A DNA stretch of 64,000 nucleotides from assembly GCA_039189765.1 (NCBI GenBank), contig JBCCYL010000001.1, positions 1 to 64,000 of the forward strand. Reading direction: 5' to 3'. The notes beneath the pieces were generated by a model, which did no database searches, was not told the origin of the DNA, and saw only the letters and a program-made list of their open reading frames with translations. This document shows, one piece after another, positions 48,509 through 60,900 of the stretch. Positions within the stretch are counted from its first letter, which is position 1. Each line of letters begins with the position of its first letter. Source of the stretch: Cyanobacteria bacterium P01_F01_bin.150 (lineage in GTDB: Bacteria; Cyanobacteriota; Cyanobacteriia; CAKZMO01). The translations under genes were made by a program, and so were the position numbers.

Positions 48509-51500
48509 AGTTCAATCTCCTTCCGACCTTTGGATGTTGCTAATGGTTTACCTGTTGGAGAATTGCCGTTCTCCACTGAATCCGATGCCAAGGGCTTGCC
48601 CACTGGCCGCTTTAATGCCATTTGAGTCGCGTCCACATATTGCGAGAGGGCGGCGACCGTTTGCTTTTCAAACAGACTCCGCAGGGGCACCTCCAGATCA
48701 AAAACTTCTCGCAATCGGGAATTAATCCGCGTTGCTAGTAGGGAATTACCGCCCAAGTCAAAAAAATTATCCTCAACGCTAAATCGATCCACCTTTAGCA
48801 CCGAACTCCAAATTTCCTTAATCACCTGTTCGGTTGCCGTACGGGGAGCCACCATCTCCGCCGATCCCTTGGGCTGCCATTGAGGAAGCGATCGCCGATC
48901 CAGCTTGCCATTAACCGTCAATGGAATCTTTTTAATCGGAATAAACGCAGTTGGAATCATATATGGAGGTAAGCGATCGCCCAAAAACTCTTTCAGTGCT
49001 GATGAATCATCAAGAGTCGAAGCTGGAGACACCAGGTAGGCAATCAAATACTGCTGATCATTGCGCTTGGTCACCGTAACAATTGCCTGATGCACCGTTG
49101 GATAATCCGCCAGCGCCGCCTCAATTTCCCCTAGCTCTATTCGTAGCCCCCGCAGCTTGACCTGAGTATCAATTCGCTCAAGGAATTCAATTGTGCCATC
49201 GGGGAGGTAGCGGACGCGATCGCCAGTTTTATACAGAGTTAGGGAGTTGAGGAGTTTGGGAGTTTGGGAGGTTCGGTTCCCCGCCTGGGAGGGGCTAGGG
49301 GTGGGTCTGCCTTCTGCCTTCTGCCTTCTGCCTTCTGCCTTTTCTCCATCTTCTGCCTTTTCTCTGCCTTCTGCCTTTAGAAACGGATTGGGAATAAACC
49401 GCTCGGCAGTCAGCGCAGGGTTGTTGAGGTAGCCTCGTGCTAGGCCGTCTCCCGCAATATAAAGTTCTCCTGAAACCCCAGTGGGAGTGGGGTGGAGATT
49501 GGAATCCAGAATATAAAGTTGGGTATTGTGGATGGGTTTACCAATGGGAATAGAGGATGTGGAGTAGCGGGAGTTGTAGTGGGTGTGGGCAGTAACGTCA
49601 ATGGCGGCTTCGGTGGGTCCGTAGAGGTTGTGGAGGTCGGCGTTAAAGTGGATATGAATGCGATCGCCCAATATACAGGGCAATGCTTCACCGCTACAGA
49701 TAATACATTTAATCGAGTAAAGGTCTCTATCTTCCACTTCATCCAAAAATATTTGAAGCATGGAGGGCACAAAGTGCAGGGTAGTAATTTGCTCCTCATG
49801 GATAATTTGGCGCAGGTAGGCGCTGTCTCGATGACCTCCTGGCCTGGCGATTACCAGCCTAGCTCCTGTGATTAAGGGCCAGAAAAATTCCCATACCGAT
49901 ACGTCAAAACTAAAGGGAGTCTTTTGGAGAACGCGATCGCTACTATCCAGGCCATATTCTGACTGCATCCAATGCAGCCGATTCACCAGCGCTCGATGGA
50001 TATTAACAACGCCTTTAGGTTCTCCAGTAGAGCCAGAAGTATAGAGAACGTAGATGGCATTATCAGGCGTAACTGTTGTGCTGGGGTTTGTCGTCGGGAA
50101 AGACGCAATTTTTTCATCCCGAACATCCTCAGCCGTTAGCACAACAGAAACATTAGCGTGAGCTTGAATATAGTCCAAACGGTTCTGAGGATAGTCTGGG
50201 TCAAGAGGGACGTAAGCTGCACCAGCCTTCAAACTTCCAAGAATAGCTACTACCATTTCTACACAACGTTCCATATGGATGCCCACACGATGTTCGGGTA
50301 GAACTCCGATGGATTGTAGATGGTGCGCTAGCTGATTAGCCTGATGATTGAGGTCAGCGTAGGTGAGGTGCTGGTCTTGAAAGGTAACCGCTACCGCATC
50401 AGGAGTTCGATCAACCTGCTGCTCTACCCACTGATGCAAGCAGAGAGTCTGGGGATAGTCTTGATGAGTATGATTCCAATCCGTTAGAAGCGTTTGTTTC
50501 TCCGCCTTAGTGAGTATGGATAGATCCCCGACAAGACACTCTGAATTGGCCAGCATATTGTCCAGTATCGTTTGCCAATGGGAAATAAACTGGTTAACCG
50601 CCTTGGCGGTGATGCGATCGCCATCGTATTTCACGGTAATGTTTAGCGTGGTACCGGGAGCCACCAAAATTGTCAGAGGGAAGTGAGTCCATTCCAGCGA
50701 TCGCACCTCTTTAAGCTGTAAGTCCTGATCGCCAGACCCTGAAGATGGCTCAATGGGATAGTTTTCAACAACCAAAATGGTGTCAAACAGCGCCGTATTT
50801 TGGGGCAGTTCACTCCAGCCCTGGATATCCATCAGCGAGGCATATTCATAAGGTAGCGCCTCCGCTTGATTTTGCTGGAGCTGCTGAAGCCAGGATATTA
50901 ACGACTGTTCCTCCGCAACCTGAACTCGCACGGGTAGGGTATTGATAAATAATCCTACCATTGCCGCCGAGCCAGGCAAATCCACAGGCCGCCCTGAGCG
51001 GGTGGAGCCAAACACCACGTCATCCGCGTCACAGTAGCGACTGAGGACGATCGCCAGCGATCCCTGAAGCAGCGTATTGAGGGTTAGCTGATGCTGTTGG
51101 GCCAGGGTCTTGAGGGATTTTGTTATTGTCTCCTCGATTTCATACTCCCGTTCCTGCCAATGCTGAGCCGAATATGCCTGAAGGGAGTTTGATGGGGAAT
51201 TTGGGGCTAAACCAGATTGAGAAGAGTCAGATGGGAAAAAGATAGATCCAGAAGAATTAACTTGAGAAGACTTGGTCTTAAGAGCCACATTGCCCAGCGT
51301 TTCCAACACATCAGACAACCGTGAGGGGCTTTTAAATCCCTTGAGTTGTTGTTGCCAAAAGTGCTGGGCCTCTTGTTGATCCTGCTGGCGTAGCCAAGAG
51401 ATATAGTCACGATATGGCTGACGAGTAAGCGTTGCTATTGCCTTGTCGGTCTCACAAAGTTGGGCATAAACATCAAAGACATCTTTAACCACAATGGCCG

Positions 51501-51966
51501 CAGACCAGCCATCTATAATCAGATGGTGCTGAGTCCATATCATCTGATATTGGGTATCAGCTAGCTGAACTAGAGTAATTCTCATTAAAGGCGGAGACTT
51601 GAGATTAAATCCCTGCTGGCGATCGCCCTCCAGAAATGCCTCTAATTTCGCCTGCTGGTCTTCAGATGGCACGGACCGCCAGTCTTCAAACTGCCATGGC
51701 AACAACAGGCGATGATACACCACCTGAAACGGATCGTCTCGCTTTTCCCAATGAAAGCTGCTGCGGAGAGCGGGATGTTGGAGCAGCACCTGTTGCCATG
51801 ATTGCTGGAGGCGATCGCTATCTAGCGCTCCCTCAAACGTTAGGCATACCTGGGGTACATATACTCCTGTTTCAGGCGTTAGTAACTCATGAAACAACAT
51901 TCCCTTCTGCATCGGGGACAGGGGATAAATATCAGCAATGTTTTTCTTATCCATTGTTTGGCTCAT
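48505..51966 (-). CDS. NRPS: C(DCL-type)-A(Ser)-T
   Basis: IYPLSPMQKGMLFH, HHLIIDG; code DVWHISLIDK (Ser-type); GGNSL; C-terminal RKEIEL. Confidence 0.92.
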   Translation of the reverse strand: MSQTMDKKNIADIYPLSPMQKGMLFHELLTPETGVYVPQVCLTFEGALDSDRLQQSWQQVLLQHPALRSSFHWEKRDDPFQVVYHRLLLPWQFEDWRSVPSEDQQAKLEAFLEGDRQQGFNLKSPPLMRITLVQLADTQYQMIWTQHHLIIDGWSAAIVVKDVFDVYAQLCETDKAIATLTRQPYRDYISWLRQQDQQEAQHFWQQQLKGFKSPSRLSDVLETLGNVALKTKSSQVNSSGSIFFPSDSSQSGLAPNSPSNSLQAYSAQHWQEREYEIEETITKSLKTLAQQHQLTLNTLLQGSLAIVLSRYCDADDVVFGSTRSGRPVDLPGSAAMVGLFINTLPVRVQVAEEQSLISWLQQLQQNQAEALPYEYASLMDIQGWSELPQNTALFDTILVVENYPIEPSSGSGDQDLQLKEVRSLEWTHFPLTILVAPGTTLNITVKYDGDRITAKAVNQFISHWQTILDNMLANSECLVGDLSILTKAEKQTLLTDWNHTHQDYPQTLCLHQWVEQQVDRTPDAVAVTFQDQHLTYADLNHQANQLAHHLQSIGVLPEHRVGIHMERCVEMVVAILGSLKAGAAYVPLDPDYPQNRLDYIQAHANVSVVLTAEDVRDEKIASFPTTNPSTTVTPDNAIYVLYTSGSTGEPKGVVNIHRALVNRLHWMQSEYGLDSSDRVLQKTPFSFDVSVWEFFWPLITGARLVIARPGGHRDSAYLRQIIHEEQITTLHFVPSMLQIFLDEVEDRDLYSIKCIICSGEALPCILGDRIHIHFNADLHNLYGPTEAAIDVTAHTHYNSRYSTSSIPIGKPIHNTQLYILDSNLHPTPTGVSGELYIAGDGLARGYLNNPALTAERFIPNPFLKAEGREKAEDGEKAEGRRQKAEGRPTPSPSQAGNRTSQTPKLLNSLTLYKTGDRVRYLPDGTIEFLERIDTQVKLRGLRIELGEIEAALADYPTVHQAIVTVTKRNDQQYLIAYLVSPASTLDDSSALKEFLGDRLPPYMIPTAFIPIKKIPLTVNGKLDRRSLPQWQPKGSAEMVAPRTATEQVIKEIWSSVLKVDRFSVEDNFFDLGGNSLLATRINSRLREVFDLEVPLRSLFEKQTVAALSQYVDATQMALKRPVGKPLASDSVENGNSPTGKPLATSKGRKEIEL

Positions 51967-51981
51967 CCACTTAACATCCCC

Positions 51982-54900
51982 CTACAAATCCGCTAGCAGA
52001 TCATCTAATTCGCCCTGGCTAAGCGACATTTCCGGGAAGTCAGAGGGGGTATAGCCTCCCGCATCTGGATCGCAACAGTGGTCAATCAGTCGCCTTAGGT
52101 AGTCCATAACCGACTCTGCCACTTGATAAACGGTTTCTTTTCGATGCAACCCATTGCTATAGGACCAATCCAATCGCAAGCGCCCTCCTGTGACTAAACC
52201 ATTGATTTCCAGAATTACGCCGCGATCGCCCCTAGGACTTCGCAATGATCCTGCTGACAGTTGAGAGGGCTTTAGAAGCACATCATCAGACCACAATGCG
52301 TCTGTCTGTCCCAAGTAGTTAAACCGCACAGGCGACAACGACTTAGAACCGCTTAACCCGATACCATCTGTATTGAAGGCCATCAAATCCTGCCCCGCAT
52401 CCAGATAGCGCCAAAGCCCATATCCAATCCCCTGATTAGGAATTTCACGGAGTTGCTCCTTAACACTCTTGAGAATTATTCCCAATTCTTTCGACTGTAA
52501 TCGATTTAACACCACTGGAAATAGGCTTGTCAACCACCCTACAGTACGAGACAAATCAACACTATCTGTCAACAATTCACGCCCATGGCCCTCCATTTCG
52601 ATGACCAGCGCCTCTGATTGGCTCCAATCAGTTAATCCCATCATTAGCGCCGTTAACAATGCATCATTAATCTGAGTTTGATAGGCACCAGGGACCTTAT
52701 GCAGTAGGGCATTAGTCTCCTCCTGCGTCAGTGTCAAAGATATAGTTGAACTATCCATAACTCGATTTGAGCCATCTTGCATGTCCAGCGGCAGCGTTCG
52801 AGAATAATCCGTCAACTGACGATGAATTTCAGTCCAGTACTGTCGTTCTTGAACAAACTGATTCGATTGAATATAGTCTTGAAGCGTCTGAGACCACTGG
52901 GGTAACGACATCGATTTAGGCGGTAAGACCCCCTCTAGCTCCCCCTTGGTAAGGGGTAGGATCGGAGTCTCTCCCCTTGGCAAGGGGGGATTAAGGGGGG
53001 GGGATTGCCCCTGAGCCAGATCTCGATAAATCTGCTGAAGATCGCCCAGAATAATGCGCCACGACAGCCCATCCACCAGTAAATGATGCAAAGCAATAAG
53101 GATTTGATCCGTATTTTGCCCTGTCTCAAATACCGCCACACGCATTAATTCGCCAGTCGCCAAGCTAAAGCCTGATTGTAAAGTCGCACTCGTTTGCTCA
53201 ATAACTACAGCCTGCTGCTCTGGCAACACCGTCGTTAGGTCAATATGGGTAACAACATCAGGAACCTTCTCCACAATCACCTGCTGCCAACCATTACTTC
53301 CTCTAATAAACTGCGATCGCAACCCGTCATGGTACTGCAACAACTGATAAACCGCCTGCCGCAATATCTGAGGCTCTATCGGCTCCAGACTTTCAAACAT
53401 AATCGCCTGATTCCAATGATGGGCCTCGGCAAACTCTTGCTCAAAGAACCAGCGCTGAATCGGGTTCAAAGGCACAGATCCAACAACCAGCCCCTGCTCT
53501 GCCTGCAACATTAGCTCAGAAGACTCCAACGCCGCCAGCTCCGCAATCGTCTGATACTGGAATAGCTGCTTGGGAGCCAAATGAATGCCCACCTGACGAG
53601 CTTTAGCGATCGCCTGAATCGCTAAAATTGAATCTCCACCCAGCGCAAAAAAATTATCGTGGATGCCAACCTGCTCCAGCCCCAGCAAACTACGCCAAAT
53701 CTCAGCTAGCTGTCCCTCTCTTTCAGTCTGAGGCTGAACGCTTTCACTGCTCTCCCCAGCAATATTTGCCTCTCGTTCAGGAGCCGGAAGCGATCGCCGA
53801 TCAATCTTGCCATTCGGCGTTAACGGCAGCGCATCTAATATCATAACCGTAGAAGGCACCATATAGTCCGGTATGCAACGTTGGAGATGCTTCTTCAATG
53901 CAGAAGGCGTTGCATCCTCTGCGTTCTTGACAACAACATACGCTACCAACTGCTGATGCTGATTTTCTTTATCCATCCAGGGATTAACCACCGCTTGGGC
54001 GACTCCTGGATGCTGACGTAGTACTGCCTCAATTTCGCCTAGCTCAATCCGGAAGCCCCGAATCTTCACCTGATGGTCCAGTCGCCGCAAATATTCGATA
54101 TCGCCATTAGGACGATAGAGGACGCGATCGCCCGTTTTATATAGGGTCAGGGAACCAGATGCGCCCAGATCCCGGGGTTCTTTGCGTAACGTTTGCCCAG
54201 TAGCAGAGATTTGATCAGAACCCCGGGATCTTTGCATGAACGGATTGGGGATAAAGCGATCGCCCGTCAAATCAGGACGATTTAAATACCCCCGAGCAAC
54301 CCCCGCCCCTGCCAAGTAAAGCTCTCCCGGAACTCCTACAGGCACGGGCTGAAGATGTCGATCAAGAATATAAGCTTGGGTTCCAGTAATAGGCTGCCCA
54401 ATCGGAGGAGTTGCTGATTTTGGATTTTGGATTTTGGATTTTGGTTGAGGAGTTGGCGCACTCCGGTCCCCCTCTTGAGAGGGGCTAGGCTTCGACGTGA
54501 GCGAAGCCGAACGGGTGGGTTCATCCTTCTGCCTTCTGCCTTCTGCCTTTACTTCTGCCTTCTGCCTTCTGCCTTCTGCCTTTTTAGCGCCTTCCGCCTT
54601 TACTTGTGCTCCCGTTGAATAGGTCGTATCTTCTGATGGCCCGTAGAGGTTATAAACCGCTTGAATATGGGGCTGTTCATAAAGCTGATTGACCAAGGTT
54701 TGGGGCAGTGGTTCTCCTGCTAGATTGACCGTTGTCACTGTTGAGGGGATGCCGTTGATGGCCAGTAGTGCCCTTGCCGCTGAGGGAACAGTATTGATAA
54801 GGGTAAGGCCAGCATCTTCGCCTAGCTCCGGCAATTGCAGGACATCCTCAACCAACACCACCGTTCCACCTACGCTCAGGGGAACAAACATTTCAAATAC

Positions 54901-57900
54901 TGACAAATCAAAGCAAATAGACGTAGACGCCAGAACGCCTGCTAATTGTTCTGCTCTAAATGCGTTTCTGGCCCAGTTAACAAGAGCGATCGCATTTTGG
55001 TGGGCGATCGCCACCCCCTTCGGCCTTCCCGTCGAACCCGATGTGTAGATAACGTAAGCCAGAGAAGAATTTTGGATATTGGATATTGGATATTGGCCAG
55101 AAAGTTGGGGAGTTGGGGAGTTGGGGAGTTGGGGAGTTGGGGAGGTTCGGTCCCCCTCCTGGGAGGGGTTAGGGGTGGGTTTTTCTGCCTTCTGCCTTCT
55201 GCCTTCTGCCTTTATCTCTGCCTTCTGCCCTTGAATATCCCAATCACCGTCAATCTCAAGGATAATCGGAGCATCAGCCGTAGGGTGGGCACTGCCCACC
55301 GACGCAGCATTACTCTTTTGATCACTTTGAAGCAGCGCTGTAGTTCTTGCATCATCCGAACGGCGAATTAACGCAGACAGTTGGGCATCATCAATAATCC
55401 AGCTCAAGCGCTCTGTAGGATAATTGGGGTCGAGAGGCACATAGGCCGCTCCGGCTTTAAGAATGGCAAGGATCGCAACTATCATTTCGATAGAGCGATC
55501 GACACAGACTCCTACCAAATTTTCAGGCTGAATACCAAGCTGTTGTAGATAAATCGCCAGTTGATTTGCCCGTTGATTAAGCGCCTGGTAGGTCACCTGC
55601 TGACGGTCAAAGGTGAGGGCGATCGCCTCCGGCGTCCGCTCAACCTGAGTCTCAAAATACCCATGTAATTCGACGCCCCTTAGTCCCTCCTTGGTAAGGG
55701 GGGAGACCAGAACGCCCTCCCCTTGTTTTTCGCGTAGCGTGTTCGGAGAACGCAGGGAGGGCTGGGGTGGGGTCAATTCCCAGTCTCCGGCTGGGAATTG
55801 ACCAAGGAGACTCTGGCTCCTCTTCGGCCCTAGATGCAATCGATTCCACTCAAACAAAATCCGCTGCTGTTCTTCAACAGTAAGAATCGAAAGAGTGCTA
55901 ATAGGTTGATTAGAATCAGCGATCGCCCTTTCCAGCAAAACCTGCCAGTGCATCGCCATCCGCTGAATCATATCCGCCGCAAATAAATCTCGATTGTATT
56001 CCCATCGAGTCACCAAGCCAATTGATGGTTGGCCGTCGCCCCCCTGCACCGATGTCGAGTCTTCCTTGACCTCTGTAACCGATAGCGTTAAATCAAACTT
56101 GGCGGTACCACTATCGCGATCGAGGATCTGCCAGCTCAGCCCATCAAGCTCCATCGTTCCCATCGACGCATTTTGTAGCAAAAACATTACTTGGAACAGT
56201 GGGCTATGGCTAAGCGATCGCTCCGGCTGCAGCGCATCCACAATTTGCTCAAACGGCATATCCTGATGATTATAGCCATCTAAAGTCGTCTGCTTTACCC
56301 GCTCCACCAGTTCAGCAAAACTCGGATGACCCGACAAGTCCGTTCGCAACGCCAAAGTATTAGCAAAACAGCCCACCATCCGCTCCACCTCAGCATGATG
56401 ACGATTGGCAACAGGAGACCCCACCACAATATCGTCACTGTCACTGTAGCGCTGTAACAGCAGATTGAACACCGCCAGCAGCGTCATAAATACCGTTACG
56501 CCATGTTTCTGACTCCATTGCCGTACCGCTTGAGATAGTTCTGCTGGCAAATGCACCGAATGGGACGCTCCATGCCAGGTCTGTACCGCAGGTCGGGGGT
56601 AATCCGTTGGTAATTCCAGGAGTGGAGGTGAATTGTGGAGATGCGATCGCCAGTATTCTAACTGCTCTTCCAGAACTTCATCTTTAAGCCAGTTACGTTG
56701 CCACGCAGCATAGTCAAGGTATTGAATTTTAGATTTTAGATTTTGGATTTTGGATGGAGAGTCTGCTTCGTAGGATGTTTTAGGCGACAGCCGTAACGCA
56801 TCATTACCGCTTACAGCATAAAATTGAGCGATATCCTGGACAATAACCCCAATGGACCAGGCATCTGCAATTAAGTGATGTAGGGTGAGTAAAGCAATGT
56901 GTTGGGTTGGAGCAAGGTGGAGAATCGATAGGCGGAAGAGAGGACCGTGATCAAGGGCCAAAGTTTTTTGGGCGTCTTGTTGAGCGATCGCTTCCACCCT
57001 TTCCTTCTGCTCAATCTCCGAATATTCCATCAGATCAATTTCAGAAATCCCAAACGATTTCGGCACTTCCAGAATCGAAACTTGGGGTCGTCCGTCCACT
57101 GTTTCTACAGTCGTCCGCAAGCCTTCATGGCGATCAAGTAGGGCAACCATACTCTGCTGTAATCGCTCCATGTCCAGCTCACCAGAGATGTTTAATCCCA
57201 CCGGAATATTGTAAAACGGGTTATCAGGCTCCAACTGGGCCAACACCCACTGCCGCTGCTGGGCAAAAGACAGCGGTAGTTCACCATCACGATTGATAGG
57301 TTCAATATCGGGACGATAGCGCTTAGCTTGAGCTAAAGTCGCGCCTGCGTGATCATTTGATTGACCATCTGCCTGACCATATTTTTCAATCTCTTGAGCT
57401 AGCCCTGAGATCGTGGGTGCTGTAAACACCTTTTGCAGTGGGATATCCAGCTTGAAGGCTTGGCGGATTCGTGCGATCGCCCTCGCCGCCAACAGCGAAT
57501 GCCCCCCCAATTCAAAGAAATTATCGTAAATGCTTACAGCATCCCGACTTAATACCTCAGTCCAAATTTCCGCTAGCTTAACTTCAGTGTCAGTGCTCGG
57601 CTCAACATAAGACTGGGCCAGTGACATTTCAGGCTCCACAACAGGATCAGGGAGCGATTTCCGATCGACCTTGCCATTAGGCGTCAACGGCAGCGTCTCC
57701 ATCGACACAAAGACACTCGGAATCATGTAAGTAGGCAAGGATTTCTGAAGAAACTCCCGCAACTCCGACGATTTTGGATTTTGGATTTTAGATTTTGGAT
57801 TTTGGCCATTCCGGTCCCCCTCCTGGGAGGGGCTAGGGGTGGGTTCTGCCTTCTGCCTTCTGCCTTCTGCCTTTATTTCTGCCTTAGAAATAAAATATGC

Positions 57901-60900
57901 CACCAACATCGGATCGCTATCCTGCCATCGCAGCACCACAACCGCCTGCTGAATCTGAGGATGCTGCCCCAACGCCACCTCAATTTCCCCCAACTCAATC
58001 CGAAAGCCCCGCAGCTTCACCTGAAAATCCAGCCGACCCAAATATTCCAAAATGCCATCTTCGCGATAGCGAACGAAATCACCAGTTTTATAGAGAGTTG
58101 GAGAGTTAGAGAGTTGGGGAATTGGGGAGGTTCGGTTCCCCTCTTGGGAGGGGCTAGGGGTGGGTTCTTCTGCCTTCTGCCTTCTGCCTTCTGCCTTAAA
58201 TTCTGCCTTTTGAACAAATCGCTCACTCGTCAATTCCGCTCGATTTAAATACCCGATCGCCACCCCAGCACCGCCAATATACAGTTCCCCAGGAATACCC
58301 ACTGGCACAGGCTGAAGATAGGCATCAAGGACATGGAGTTCAGTGTTGGCGATCGCCCTCCCAATCGGAACCGCAGCTTTACCCTCGACATTCGTAGCCG
58401 TCACCTGATGACACAGCGACCAGATCGTAGTTTCTGTGGGACCATACATATTCCACAGAGACTGGCTTTTGGGCAGTAACTCCGCTGCCAATGGCGTATC
58501 TAGAGCCTCTCCACCACACAGCACTCGTAAATTTGATTTCCCTTGCCAACCACTCGCCAACAACAATCGCCAAGTTGCAGGAGTCGCCTGCATCACCGTA
58601 ATATCGTGCTGGTTGAGGAGGGAAAAGAGGCGATCGCCATCCCTCACATCCTCCTGTGAAGCAATCACCACCTGCCCACCACATACCAGAGGTAAAAATA
58701 GCTCCAGAGCCGCAATATCAAACGAAAAAGTCGTTACCGCCAGCAGTTTATCTTTAGCCTCAAACCCCGGAGTATCCGTCATCGATTGCAGCAGGTTAGC
58801 CAATGCCCCATGGGAAATCTGCACACCCTTGGGATTCCCTGTAGAACCAGAGGTGTAGATGGTGTAGGCGATTTTGGATTTTAGATTTTGGATTTTGGAT
58901 TTTGGATTATCGCTACTCCGATCCCCCTCTTGGGAGGGGCTAGGGGTGGGTTGATTTTGGATTTTGGATTTTAGACTCTCGCCCCTCCGATCCCCCTCTT
59001 GGGAGGGGCTAGGGGTAGGTTCTGCCTTCTGCCCTCTGCCTTCTATCTTATCAACGCCCAGAGTTATGCAATTTTGAATTTTGAACTCTGTTTGCGAAGC
59101 GTCTCCAGAGGAGAAATTTTGACTTTGGGTATTAGAATCTTGGATCAGGGTCTGAATCCCTGCATCTTTGAGAACATATTGAATACGTTCTTGAGGATAG
59201 GTTGGATCAATGGGAACATAGGCGGCTCCTGCTCTATGCGTGGCAAGAAGGGCAATTAGCATATGAAGCGATCGCTCCACACAAACCCCCACAAGGCTAT
59301 CAGGCTGCACCTCCAAGGAAATCAGATGCTGAGCAAGTTGATTAATTTCCTGATTGAGTTGTCGATAAGTGAGATTGAAATTGCCAAACCCAACCGCAAT
59401 CGCGTCAGGAGTCTCCCCCGCCCAATACTCAACCCATCCATGCACAGTTGGCAGAGCCGACGGAGTCTCTTCCCCAACCCCATAACTCCATAACTCCCCA
59501 ACTCCCCAACTCCGTAACTCCCCAACTCCATAACTCCCCAACTGCTCCTTCTCGGCAACAGTCAGCAACGGCAGATGAGCAATCGGCTGATCAAGATCCT
59601 CGACAATCGCTTCTAACAGGGTCTGAAAATGCCCCACCATTCGCTCAATCGTAGAAGCTTTAAATAAGTCGGTATTGTACTCCAGATTACCGACCAGCCC
59701 ATCTGGAGATTCCACCATATCCAAACTTAAATCAAAGCGAGCCGTTTGGTTATCTAGAGGGAGATAGTTGAGGGTCAAATCCGGCAGCTTTAGTTCAGTA
59801 GTTTCGGGAGTATTATGCAGGATAAACATCACCTGAAAAAGGGGGTTTTGATGCAGGTGCCGCTCCGGTTGCAGCACTTCTACTAGGTACTCAAAAGGCA
59901 AATCTTGGTTGGCGTAGGCATCTAGAGTAGTGTCGCGGACTTGAGTGAGGAGCGATCGCACCGTAGGATTGCCCGACAAATCACTGCGAAATACCAAGTT
60001 ATTGACAAACAGACCAATCAGATTAGCCAGCTCTGGACGATTGCGATTAGCAACGGTAGAGCCAATCAGGATATCGGTCTGCCCAGAGTAACGATGGAGC
60101 AAAATCTTCAGCCCCATCAGCAGGGTCATATATAAAGTAGTGCCCTGATGACGGCTTAGTTCATTAAGCTTCTGGGTCAGAGTCTTGGGCAATGAAAACG
60201 ACAGCATTGCCCCATTAAAGCTTTGCACCATAGGCCGTGGAAAATCCGTCGGTAACTCTACGCTGAGGGGCGGCTGAGCAAGCTTTTGTTTCCAGTAGTC
60301 GAGCTGGTGCTGGCAGCGATCGCCTTTTAGCCACTGCCTCTGCCATACGGCATAGTCAGCATACTGGATAGGTAAATCAGCAAGTCCTGCTCCCGGTTTA
60401 TCTAGTTTTATTGCCCCATAAGCCCTTCCCAACTCCTGAATCAGCGATCGCATTGACCAATAGTCGGAAATAATGTGATGCAGTGTGCATATAAGCAGAT
60501 ATTCTGGTTCACTTCCCTGTAAGGATTTCAGGCGAAAAACCCGAACTCGCAGTAGCGGTCCCTCAGCTAAGTCAAACGGTCGAGCCGCTTCAGTTTGGAT
60601 TATCGTTTGAACTGCTCGGTCTTGCTGTTGTCGACTTTCCCACTGGTCTTCTCCAGGCATTTCTTCAATGGCCAAGCTCAGATTCTGAGTCGCCATAACT
60701 TCTTGCACTGGTTGTTCATCCACCACCGTAATCCGAGTGCGAAGGATTTCGTGGCGTTGAATAAGGATATTAAAGCTCTGCTCCAGGGCCGCAATATCCA
60801 ATTGGCCCGTCACTCTAAAGGCCGCTGGTAGATGATAGGCCGCTGATCCAGGCTGGAGCTGATCCATAAACCACAGCCGCTGTTGGGCAAACGATACTGG

